30,397 bases of DNA from Octopus sinensis. Taxonomy: Eukaryota. Location: contig NW_021832618.1 of assembly GCF_006345805.1 (NCBI RefSeq), positions 1 to 30,397 of the forward strand. The letters run 5' to 3'. The notes beneath the pieces were generated by a model, which searched no databases, had not been told where the DNA came from, and saw only the letters and a list, made by a program, of their open reading frames with translations. Below, piece after piece: positions 11,211 to 21,690 of this stretch. A program made the translations under genes and the position numbers. The stretch's first letter is position 1, and each line of letters starts with the position of its first letter.

Positions 11211-11541
11211 ACGGCGATCGTTAGCGTGCAGGGAAAAAAATGCTTAGCAATATTTCGTCTGCTAAAGGCGGCGAACTGGCAGAAACGTTAGCACGCCGGG
11301 CGAAATACGTAGCCGTATTTCGTTTGCCGTTATGTTCTGAGTTCAAATTTCGCCGAGGTTGACTTTGCCTTTCATCCTTTCGGAATCGATAAATTAAGTA
11401 CCAGTTACACACTGGGGTCCATGTAATCAACTTAATCCGTTTGTCTGTCCTTGTTTGTCCCCACTGTGTTTAGCCCCTTGTGGGTAGTAAAGAAATAAAT
11501 ATTTCGTCTTGCCATTACGTTCTGAGTTCAAATTCCGTCGA
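11211..11541 (+). mobile_element. SINE B (11267-11497) nested inside an older SINE B
   Basis: Old head fragment 11211-11260, full young copy, then the old body resumes (TGCCATTACGTTCTGAGTTCAAATTCC). AATATTTCGTCT is duplicated at 11249-11260 and 11498-11509. Confidence 0.75.
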
Positions 11542-12461
11542 ATGTCTTTCGTATTTTTAACCTATTAGTGCCCAAATTTCTTTTATTTAATTTATTACCA
11601 AAAGTATTTTTTTATACAACTTTATCTGATACTAAATATATATAAAAAAGTTATTACAATATTTGAAAGACACTCCAGTTTTGATGACTGACTAAATATA
11701 TCTCAGAAAACTACAGTTGTTGCAGAAATATGATGGATTGTCCTTCTGGTCCTAAAAAAAGGCCATGGGCGCTATTGGGTTATGGTCGATCAAATAAGCA
11801 CCAGTTAGGCCCGGGTATATAGTGTTAAAATCACAGAAAAACATCTGCAGCCGGCGAAGGCCTAGCATTGGGGGTGAAATTACTGGATTTAGATATAAGC
11901 TTGTTAACTTCTTGAGTAGCAAGTATCTACATCATCTCATGTCAAGAAAACAACTGTTGCTAGCTGATATAGTTGAACAGGGATAAAAAGATTATTAATG
12001 TTGCATGTCGGTGGTCGGTGGAACATAAATTCATTATTTGTGTCGGAAGCAGTATAAGTTCCAAAATTAGCGATCTGTATAAATACTTAAAGTATATACA
12101 TATGTTGAAAGTCTTCAAATCTGCGGTATTCTTCTTGAGAGAGTACAGTTTCAGATTAATATAATAAAAGTTCTTGTAAACAAATTCAAAATTAGATGTT
12201 TTAAGAAGTTTTCTGGTCTTATCCTTAATTTGTTTTTTTCTGAGTTTATTCTAAATTGTTTCTCTTGAAAACAAAATTTTGCATGTGACGCACAAAGAGT
12301 TTGCCTAATACTTTCTTAATTTGACTAAGTAAGAAACATTCGACGAGGTGCAGGGATGGCTGTGTGGTTTTGAGAATTTTAGGGAAGCAACGAATGGAAG
12401 AAGTCCAGGCTTATCGATTCCTGGGAACTACGATGCTGCGTCTTTCAATCATAATTCTAAA

Positions 12462-12635
12462 TAGCCCTTATCTTTTACTTGTTTCACTTATTGGATTGCG
12501 GCCATGCTGGGGCACCGACCTGAAGTGTTTGATCGAAGAAATAGACCAGAGTAAGTATTTTTCAGTTTGGTACATCTATCAGTATATATTGCCAAACTAT
12601 TAAGTAAACAAACCTTCACCGGTTATCAAAAGTTG
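12462..12635 (-). mobile_element. SINE family A, diverged 3' portion
   Basis: TCTTTTACTTGTTTCAC...GCGGCCATGCTGGGGCACC...GATCGAAGAAATAGACC resembles positions 5-80. Confidence 0.6.
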
Positions 12636-12899
12636 CACACTCGTACACACACACACGCCATCTTGCGGTCACCATATATATATAGTGGCTGCAAGATGGC
12701 GGCGCGGCCGGAGATCGATGGCCAATGGCAAAGGGAGATAATCACCTAGAGTTTTACCTTTAAAACGAGGCTTTTCTCCGCCATATTTGGAACAGGCCTC
12801 AGGCCAGTAGTGTCTGGGGTATGAAGATACGCCGTAAGGCCAAACCCCTTATGGGTGAGAAACTCAGAGTAAACCCATAAACCAGCTTACCCCACTATG

Positions 12900-12931
<32 letters not shown>

Positions 12932-12955
12932 ATATGTGTGTGTGTATGTATATAG

Positions 12956-13107
12956 ACTGTTTCTGTCTACCAAATTCACTCACAAAACATTGTTCGGCAT
13001 AAGGCTATTGTAGAAGAAGACACTTGCCCAAGGTGCCACGCTGTGGAAACGAATTTGAAATCACGTGGTTGGTAAGCAAGCTACTTACCACACAGCCACT
13101 CCTAAGC
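12956..13107 (-). mobile_element. SINE family A, 5' half
   Basis: GTCTACCAAATTCACTCACAA...CACTTGCCCAAGGTGCCACGC...CTACTTACCACACAGCCACTCC. Confidence 0.8.
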
Positions 13108-13170
<63 letters not shown>

Positions 13171-13172
<2 letters not shown>

Positions 13173-13348
13173 CGACGGGCTTCTTTCAGTTTCCGCCTAC
13201 CAAAAATCCACTCACAAACTCACAAAGCTTTAGTCGGTCCGAGGCTATAGTAGAAGACACTTGCCCAATGTTCCACGCAGTGGGACTGAACCCAGAACCA
13301 TGTGGTTAGGAACATGCTACTTACCATACACCCAATCCCCAGCCTATA
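13171..13348 (-). mobile_element. SINE family A, 5' half (second copy)
   Basis: TACGACGGGCTTCTTTCAGTTTCCG...GCAGTGGGACTGAACCCAGAACCATGTGG. Confidence 0.85.
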
Positions 13349-13839
13349 TATTAATGTATTTTTATTAATTTGATTTGCACTTCTTATACCAAAAAAACAA
13401 CAAAAAACCCCAGATGTGTTGTTTTATAAATTTTTTCGCCTTATTCGCATCATTCGCATGTTAATTTCCGTTACTTCATGATATTTTGTCATATATTACC
13501 AAGTTTTACGTTTCTGTTTATGCATTTTTATAATTATTATTTTTATGTTGAATGGAGCCTTTGACTTTGAATTCGTTTTTTTGTGGCCTTATTATTAACC
13601 ATTGACATTTCTCTACCACCCACTGAAGTTTTTGGTTTTCTGTTTTTATCTATTCAATTCAGTATAATTGTACATATATGCATACATGCATTTATATATA
13701 TATTCGTGTGTGCGTGTGTGTATGTATATAGATATATGTATGTATGTATATACATACACATATATATATACATATATATATGTTAGTATATGTATGTATT
13801 ATTATGTATATATATTATATATGTATATATATATTCGTG

Positions 13840-13932
<93 letters not shown>

Positions 13933-14653
13933 TATATATATGTATGTATACACACACATACACATACGTATGAGTGATAATATTTAGGAGTAAGTATAAA
14001 TTATCCTTATTTTTTTTTCAATGAAATATATTGTACATTTCTTGTAAAAGTAAAAAAAAAAAGACAAAACGTAAAAAAAAAACACAAAACAAAATAAAAC
14101 AAAGCAAAAACAGTGAAAATGAGGAAATTTTATTTCAGGGAGTTTCCTGTTTTGAAGCAGCTGAGGGCATAATCAAATTTGAATTTAATGAATCCCTACA
14201 ATCACACCCAACACGTTTCTATGTCGCCCTGAATGTGGTTTTGTCAACCATATTATAGTTATATCTAATTTTCGTAAACAACGCCCGGACTTGGTGACCC
14301 CACGTAGACATCAGTAGCTAGATCAGGGGTAACCGAAGGACCCAGCATGTACGTAGCAACTCGACTTGCTATAAATATCAGCCAAATTTCCAATCGAACA
14401 AAGATGGTGTCTAAAGCTAATGTGATGGGCATGGCTGGAAAGCTTTTTGTCATATGTCTGCCGAATAAAAACCGACCTGAGACTAAACAACCATAGAAAG
14501 AGCAACTGGAGGGAAACATGGAGGAGAGAAGCACAGTGATTTGAAATGGGTTAAGTTAGAAGTGAGAGGTAAAGGAGAGAGACGGAGAGAGGGGGAAAGG
14601 AGATTGTAAGAATAGAAAACGCCTGGCTAGTATAAAAATTGAAGTTAGCGTGA

Positions 14654-15033
14654 TTAGCCGTATTTCGTCTGCCGTTACGTTCTGGGTTCAAATTCCGCCG
14701 AGGTCGACTTTGCCTTTCATCCTTTCGAGGTCGATTAAATAAGTACCAGTTACGCACTGGGATCGATGTAATCGACTTAATCCGTGTGTCTGTCCTTGTT
14801 TGTGCCCTCTATGTTTAGCCCCTTGTGGGTAGTAAAGAAATAGGTATTTCGTCTGCGGCTATGTTCTTAGTTCAAATTCCGCTGAGGTCGACTTTGCCTT
14901 TCATCCTTTCGAGGTCGATTAAATATGTACCAGTTACTCACTGGAGTCGATGTAATCGACTTAATCCGTCTGTCTGTCCTTGTTTGTGCCCTCTATGATT
15001 AGCCCTTTGTGGGTAATAAAGAAACAGATATTT
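14654..15033 (+). mobile_element. SINE B head-less dimer (two 184-bp body units)
   Basis: Units start GTATTTCGTCTGC at 14660 and 14844. Junction AAAGAAATAG|GTATTTCGTCTGC. Confidence 0.9.
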
Positions 15034-15074
15034 TATTATATTTTTAAAATCAATATATTAACTGGACCAATAGT

Positions 15075-15440
15075 CTAGTCTGCTATGAAGAGGATAGAAC
15101 ATCGAAGAGCGATAGAAAGATTTATGCTAGGATTATCCTGACGAGAACATGTTCGAAATGAGATAATTAAAGAACGGAGCGGAGCGGACGATGTGGATCG
15201 CAGAATACCAAAGACATAATTTCTAAGAGGCCGGCCATGTTGCAAGGTTTGCCGACAACAGATGGACCCGTGCAGTTGCCGAATGGTATCCAAGAGATCG
15301 GGGAAGACTACTTTGAAGGCCTCCACGGCGATGGAAAGACGACTTAGTCAAGCAATTTGGGCCAATATGGAAAAAAATTAGGCAACCAAGACATAATTGA
15401 AAGCGCATTGTGATCAGCGATGTATAACAGCATCTGATAG
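15075..15440 (+). mobile_element. RTE/RTEX-like LINE 3' fragment, decayed
   Basis: Translation RRAIERFMLGLS*REHVRNEIIKERSG, then after a shift AGHVARFADNRWTRAVAEWYPRDRGR..RPPRRWKDDLVKQFG. Confidence 0.85.
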
Positions 15441-15683
15441 TCTGGTCGATAGAGTGATACTGTGAATAGGACTAAAATAAACCGATGAGATTTTGAATAA
15501 TATTTGTTTAAATACTTTAAACATTTTACAAGTAATATGGTCGCTAAAAAGTTTTTAAAGAAAATTAATCAAACAAGGAGGGGAAGTGTTCACGATATCT
15601 TCAGGCACTTCCAGACTGGTGAGAAAGAAACGGACTGTGTTCATCTTGGACTGCTATTAGTCTGGGTTTGTATGACTGGGTTT

Positions 15684-15874
15684 GTGAGAGAAAGTTGTGG
15701 CGAAAGAGTCAGCAGAAGTTCGCCATTACCTTCTGCTGGAGCCGCGTGGAGCTTAGGTGCTTCGCTCATAATCACACATATCGCCAGGTCTGAGATTCGA
15801 ACTCGCGATCCCTCAACCGCGAATCCGCTGCTCTAACTACTAGGCCATGTGCCTCCACATTTTGAAGGTATTTA
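15684..15874 (-). mobile_element. SINE family C, 5' portion with 16-nt leader
   Basis: Minus strand: TAAATACCTTCAAAAT-GTGGAGGCACATGGCCTAGTAGTTAGAGCAGCGG...GAGTTCGAATC (tRNA-like A/B boxes). About 90% similar by eye to 16538-16730. Confidence 0.85.
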
Positions 15875-16176
15875 TATGCTATTATAGGTACTAAATTCTC
15901 TTAGAGAATTGCAATCATGAGAAGACAGACAAAGCGAGGTGGTTAGCGCAGGATCTGAGAGTTGAAAAAGAATAGTCTGAGTGGAGAAAGAACGCTTTTA
16001 ATCTTTTATTTTTAAAATAGTTTAAAATGTCCCTACTTAATTATTAGTATTTAAAAAAAATTATTTTTCTTGATCCCTAGGACTCATAAGGTCGATTATT
16101 TTGTCCCTGTGGCGTATAAGAGACTAAAATCACCACATTTTCTCTGGATGGACGCTGGTCCATTGCAGGATTCAAG

Positions 16177-16270
16177 ATCAGCAATTTTGCGGGGATGGAG
16201 ATAAGTCGATTACATCAACTCCGATACTTGACTAGCATTTTATTTTATCGACCTCAAAGGGATGAAAGTT
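16177..16270 (-). mobile_element. Old SINE B variant (alternative tail), fragment
   Basis: CAGCAATTTTGCGGGGATGGAGATAAGTCGATTACATC...TTTATCGACCTCAAAGGGATGAAAG. Same tail type as 19894-19940. Confidence 0.6.
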
Positions 16271-16282
16271 AACCTCACAGAA

Positions 16283-16517
16283 CCTATTTCTTTACTACCC
16301 ACAGGGGGCTAAGCATAGAGGGAACAAACAAGGACATACACACGATTAAGTCGATTACATCGACCCCAGTGCGTAACTGTACATATTTAATCGACCCCGA
16401 AATGATGAAAAGCAAAGTGGACCTCGGCGGAATTTGAACTCAGAACATAACAGAAGACGAAATACCGCTAAGCATTTCGCCCGGTGCGCTAACGTATCTG
16501 CCAGTTCGTCGCCTCAT
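16283..16517 (-). mobile_element. SINE family B monomer
   Basis: Reverse complement matches 2594-2823; ends ...GTAAAGAAATAGG. Confidence 0.85.
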
Positions 16518-16537
16518 TTAGCACCTTTAATAGCATG

Positions 16538-16860
16538 TAAATACCTTCAAAATGTGGAGGCACATGGCCTAGGGGTTAGAGCAGCGGACTCGCGATTGAA
16601 GGATTGCGAGTTCGAATCTCAGACCGGGCGATGTGTGTGTTTATGAGCGAATCACCTAAGCTCTACGCGGCTCCGGCAGAAGGTAAATGGCGAACTTCTG
16701 ATGACTCTTTCGCCACCACATTCTCTCACTCTTTCCTCCTGCATCTAGCAGCTCGCCTGCGACGGACCGGCGTCCCGTCCAGATGGGGAACCTATACGCC
16801 AAGGAAACCGGGAAACCAGCCCTTCATGAGCCAGGCATGGATCGAGAAGGAACAAACAAA
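16538..16860 (+). mobile_element. SINE family C, full length, with V-domain-like 3' module
   Basis: tRNA-like head GTGGAGGCACATGGCCTAGGGG...GAGTTCGAATCTC from 16554. The 3' part CCTGCGACGGACCGGCGTCCCGTCCAG...GGAAACCGGGA resembles the V-SINE core as I recall it. Tail GAACAAACAAA. Confidence 0.8.
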
Positions 16861-17076
16861 TACCTATTTCGTTACTACCCACAAGGGGCTAAACACAGAC
16901 AAGGACAGACAAACGGATTAAGTCGATTACATCGACCCCACTGCGTAACTGTTACTTATTTAATCGAACCCGAAAGGATGACAGGCAAAGTCGACCTCGG
17001 CGGAATTTGAACTCTGAACGAAACGGCAGACGAAATAGCGCTAAGCATTTCGCCCGGCGTGCTAACCATTCTGTCA
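16861..17076 (-). mobile_element. SINE family B monomer
   Basis: Reverse complement matches SINE B. The 3' end reads ...CGAAATAGGTA(TTT), i.e. into the multimer junction sequence. Confidence 0.85.
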
Positions 17077-17181
17077 GAACCAGTTTTAGTAGCGAGAACG
17101 AGACAAGAGTGTAAAACTCACGCCTGCTGAGCTAATAGCTGAAGAGTATTTGGGACTGAAGCTGTCTAGTTTTTTTAACGT

Positions 17182-17568
17182 GGATGGAAGCACTCCGTCG
17201 GTTAAGACGATGAGGGTTCCGGTTGATCCGATCAACGGAACAGCCTGCTCGTGATATTAACGTGTAAGTGGCTGAGCACTCCACAGACACGTGTACCCTT
17301 AACATAGTTCTCGGGGATATTCAGCGTGACACAGAGAGTGACAAGGCCGGCCCTTTGAAATACAGATACAACAGAAACAGGAAGTAGAGTGAGAGAAAGT
17401 TGTGGTGAAAGAGTACAGCAGGGATCACCACCATCCCCTGCCGGAGCCTCGTAGAGCTTTTAGGTGTTTTCGCTCAATAAACACTCACAACGCCTGGTCT
17501 GGGAATCGAAACCGCGATCCTAGGACCGCGAGTCCGCTGCCCCAACCACTGGGCCATTGCGCCTCCAC
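17182..17568 (-). mobile_element. SINE family C, full length, alternative 3' module
   Basis: Minus strand: GTGGAGGCGCAATGGCCCAGTGGTTGGGGCAGCGG...GGTTTCGATTCCC head. Its 3' half differs from that of 16538-16860 and ends ...CGACGGAGTGCTTCCATCC. Confidence 0.85.
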
Positions 17569-18258
17569 TTTCTTAACGTAATTTCTCTACAACTGAATAC
17601 GTTTGATTTGAAATGAGGCTGAATATCTCACTGAATAATTGCGTAGTTGATTAAATAGGTTACTTCACGGATCATTTATATTTAATGTGTATCACCCGGC
17701 ATTTGTGTTTGAACTAAACTGTCATATTTACCTGCTAAGTTTACATAGGATATGACTCTTCAATTCAGTGAAAACTAGCTTGTCTCATCCATCAACATTT
17801 CTAACTTCATACTATTATCATTATAATATTAATTGGGCTAATTAAATGGATTGATAGATATAACAAAGAAGTAATATTCAATAACATTTTAGTTATTAAT
17901 CACAACTTGTCAGCTGGAGCTGTCAGCCTCTACGTTAAATAATGATCTGGAGTGTGAAAAGCCCTCTGAAATGGTCTTTACCTTGGGTGATATATCATTC
18001 TCTCTACCATTTAACCTTCTAACATAGCAGGTGATCAAAGACTGAAACTAGCAATCAAGATAATAATTCTTCGGACTATTAACGTCAAATATAACGCGCT
18101 CACGCACACAGACGCGCGCACACGCACACACACTCACACACTCACGCACACACACAACTGCTTGCAGCGGATCGCGTACACGCATCATACACACACGCTC
18201 GCGAATGATTTAAATATAGGAATATATTGTCATTAGCTCGACATATTCAGATCACACT

Positions 18259-18675
18259 CTGTGTGTGCGTGTATGTGTGTGTGTCTGTGTGTGAGTGTGT
18301 GTGTATGTGTGTGTGTATGTGTGTGTATGTGTGTGTATATGTGTGTGTGTATGTGTGTGTGTATAGTGTGTGTATGTGTGTGTATATGTGTGTGTATGTG
18401 TGTGTGTGTATGTGTGTGTGTATGTGTGTGTGTATGTGTGTGTGTATGTGTGTGTGTATGTGTGTGTATGTGTGTGTATGTGTGTGTATGTGTGTGTGTA
18501 TGTGTGTGTATGTGTGTGTGTATGTGTGTGTGTATGTGTGTGTATATGTCTGTGTGTATGTGTGTGTGTATGTGTGCGTGTGTATGTGTGTGTGTATGTG
18601 TGTGTGTATGTGTGTGTGTGTATGTGTGTGTATGTGTGTGTATGTGTGTGTGTATGTGTGTGTGTGTATTTGTGT
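18259..18675. repeat. Long (GT)n/(GTGTGTAT)n compound microsatellite
   Basis: Directly visible. It produces the five overlapping CV/HT pseudo-ORFs in the track. Confidence 0.95.
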
Positions 18676-19275
18676 TTGCATTAACTAATTTATAATGCCG
18701 TAACTTATTTATAATGCCGTTTAATACGCACACATACACGTACGATGATGGTCATACGTGTTCCTGTGTGCACTGGTCTACAAATAATTTGAAACCAGTT
18801 ATTTACATTTCAACTTCAAACAAAGCAACAGAGTCACTTCTTAAATTTATGGGCGATTTTTCTGCCTTAATGAAACGCCATCAAAGTGTTTTGGAGTTAG
18901 ATTTAAATAACCACGCTAGCAAAATCCATGATATTGCAGTTGGCAAACAAAATCTCTCCCTGGGCATGACAGGACACTTTGTAGCTTTAGTTTCAACATT
19001 CAAATATTAAATCAATCATATTCATCCCAGTTGAACCTGTTTGACAATATGAATCTGCACAATGTGAACTAGTGTACCTACTTATACGTAACACCGTGAC
19101 TTCTGTAGACTTCAAAGTGTCTTGGTGATTATTTGAGAGTTCTGTTACCAAGATATGCTCAAACCATACCCCATCATGACTTGTGAAAGACGCAGGCTTA
19201 TAAGAGAGACAACAATCCCAATTAGAAAATTATAAAACAGTAAATCAATCATCTAAAATATTGGTTTCAAATATT

Positions 19276-19873
19276 GGCGGCGTGCTGGCAGAATCGTTAG
19301 CGCGCCGGGCGAAATGCGTAGCCGTATTTCGTCTGCCGTTACGTTCTGAGTTCAAATTCCGTCGAGGTCAACTTTGCCTGTTATCCTTTCGGGGTCGATT
19401 AAATAAGTACCAGTTACACACTGGAATCGATGTAATCGACTTAATCCGTTTGTCTGTCCTTGTTTGTCCTCTCTGTGTTTGGCCCCTTGTGGGTAATAAA
19501 GAAATAGGTATTTCGTCTGCCGTTACGTTCTGAGTTCAAATTCCGCCGAGGTCAACTTTGCCTGTCATCCTTTCGGGGTCGACTAAATAAGTACCAGTTA
19601 CACACTGGGATCGATGTAATCGACTTAATCCGTTTGTCTGTCCTTGTTTTTCTTCTCTGTGTTTGGCCCCTTGTGGGTAATAAAGAAATAGGTATTTCGT
19701 CTGCCGTTACGTTCTGAGTTCAAATTCCGCCGAGGTCAACTTTGCCTGTCATCCTTTCGGGGTCGATTAAATAAGTACCAGTTACACACTGGGATCGATG
19801 TAAACGACTTAATCCGTTTGTCTGTCCTTGTTTGTCCCCTCTATGTTTAGCCCCCTGTGGGTACTAAAGAAAT
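19276..19873 (+). mobile_element. SINE B trimer: one head plus three body units, 20-bp target-site duplication
   Basis: Head 19276-19323; units start at 19324, 19508 and 19692 (184-bp period). AAATATTGGTTTCAAATATT occurs at 19256-19275 and 19874-19893. Confidence 0.92.
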
Positions 19874-19893
19874 AAATATTGGTTTCAAATATT

Positions 19894-20086
19894 GGCACAA
19901 AGCCAGCAAGGCCGGGAGAGGGGGTAAGTGGATTACAGCGACCTCAGTGATCAACTGGTACTTATTTTATTGACTCCGAATAGATGAAAGGCAAAGTCGA
20001 CCTCGGCGAAATTTGTATTCAGAACGTGACGAAATGCCGCTGAGCATTTCCACCCGTTATGCTAACCATTCTGCCAGCTCACCGCC
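19894..20086 (-). mobile_element. Older SINE B variant, antisense and abutting the trimer
   Basis: Plus strand ...GATGAAAGGCAAAGTCGACCTCGGCG...GCTAACCATTCTGCCAGCTCACCGCC is the reverse complement of the SINE B head and core. Confidence 0.85.
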
Positions 20087-20439
20087 TTAAATCAATTAAA
20101 ATACTGCCAACAGCAAACAGCCTCTTTCGATAGCAATATCAATAATTGAATAATAAAATATCGTCTCCAGAACAGTATGAGACCAATCATTAATAGTGAA
20201 AGTGCCGCTGGGCAAGACTGGGATATGAAGAAAATTAGAGGAAACTTCAAAACGTTTTACTTATTTCTCACTAGGCTTAAGAGTGCTATTTCATCAATTT
20301 ATTCACTGATTGATGTAAATAACATCCTCTAAACGATGCCAAAGAAATTAAGGATATTCTACGGTTGTAACAGTAATTTGGTTTCAGTGATTTCGATGTG
20401 GTTGACTTAGTTTCGATGCCCTGACATAAGATTCGGTGC

Positions 20440-20940
20440 TCCAGACTTCACATTAAACACAACTCAGCAGTGAGCCATGATAGTTTCCCCGCTACTGTTC
20501 TGAAAGAGTGCTGACATTAATTTGAATCTCTGCTTGTTAATCTTTGGGGAAATTTTCTTCAAGCAGGTTATATAACTAAATATTTTCTATCTTAGCCTGT
20601 CAACCCAGTTTTCGAAACGTTGAACAAGTCGTTTGCTGTAAATTATCGTCCGATTTCATTTATCGATTCTAGTTTTAAAATATTTGGGAGGGTAGTGAGA
20701 CCAAGATTTTCTGGAAGGCATCAATCCCCAAAATTCTAGCCAGTATAGCTTTTGATTACGGCAGAGATTATTAAACACTGCTTCTAAATCAGTTAGATGA
20801 CATTTTAAATGGAGAAATTCACCACAAAAAAGATGTCATGTTGTTTGACTTAAGCAAGGTCTTTGAGTCAATCACAACATTCTGTTAAAAAGACTACCCA
20901 GCATTGAACACCATGGAAAACTGCTAAAACACATTTTTTC
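20440..20940 (+). mobile_element. Decayed CR1-like reverse transcriptase fragment
   Basis: NSAVSHDSFPATVLKEC (20461), NYRPISF (20641) and DVMLFDLSKVFE (20832-20867) occur in the same order as the RT at 29870-30300. Many stops and shifts. Confidence 0.7.
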
Positions 20941-21183
20941 CTGGCAGAGAGATCCCGTCGGAGTCTGCCAAAGTTCCCTCAGAGCCTACTTCCATTTAAT
21001 ATTTAAAGGACATCACAAAGGTTATTTGAGTTTTCTGTGCTGTTGATTTGGTTGGGGAAAAATCTGAGGAGCAGTTAACATGTTGAAACGGTCCGTCAGT
21101 AATTTTCCCTACTTTTTTCTTGCTCGTCGAAAGCATGGAAGACGTGTGTTAACATTCGTGTAATTTAATATCACAGCTCCCCC

Positions 21184-21217
<34 letters not shown>

Positions 21218-21236
21218 CTCTCTCTCTCTCTCTCCT

Positions 21237-21276
<40 letters not shown>

Positions 21277-21287
21277 GTGTGTGTGCG

Positions 21288-21508
21288 TGGCAGAAACGTT
21301 AGCACGCCGGGCGAAATGCGTAGCCGTATTTCGTCTGCCGTTACGCTCTGAGTTCAAATTCCGCCGAGGTCGACTTTACCTTTCATCCTTTCGGGGTCGA
21401 TTAAATAAGTACCAGTTACACACTGGGGTCGATATAATCGACTTAATCCGTTTGTCTGTCCTTGTTTGTCCCCTCTGTGTTTAGCCCCTTGTGGGCAGTA
21501 AAGAAATA
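21288..21508 (+). mobile_element. SINE family B monomer
   Basis: TGGCAGAAACGTTAGCACGCCGGGCG...GGCAGTAAAGAAATA, between (CT)n and (TA)n tracts. Confidence 0.9.
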
Positions 21509-21690
21509 TATATAGATACTATATATATATATATATAATATATATATATATATAAATGTAATATGTGACAATTATTCGGTAGCCATATTACATTTACAGA
21601 TAAATTGCTCTATTTACATAATATCGAGGTTTCTTTCTTCTTTTGTTGTCTTAACCATTTTTATCAATATATTATATATATATATATATA

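Noticed and set aside
12815-12855. ATGAAGA-TAC-GCC-GTAA-GGC-C-AAAC resembling a hammerhead stem II
   Set aside because: Both core strands are mutated and there is no stem I or III.
15133-15166. TTATC-CTGACGA-GAACATGTTC-GAAA-TGA-GATAA looks like a hammerhead
   Set aside because: There is no stem III or UH triplet, and loop II is only 2 nt. The string is explained by RTE codons (LS*REHVRNEI).
16554-16625. tRNA genes at SINE heads (also 17568-17500 and 27464-27535)
   Set aside because: No complete cloverleaf or T-run terminator; each continues directly into a SINE body repeated elsewhere in the window.
18227-18739. Long ORFs rich in CV/HT/YI, here and in most other track ORFs including the poly-His ORF 5133..5585
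   Set aside because: They are translations of (GT)n, (CA)n, (TA)n and (CAT)n microsatellites that lack stop codons by composition.
19324-19507. Self-cleaving ribozyme within the 184-bp SINE B unit as the cause of multimers
   Set aside because: No CTGANGA core on either strand and no recognisable HDV-like or twister pattern by eye.
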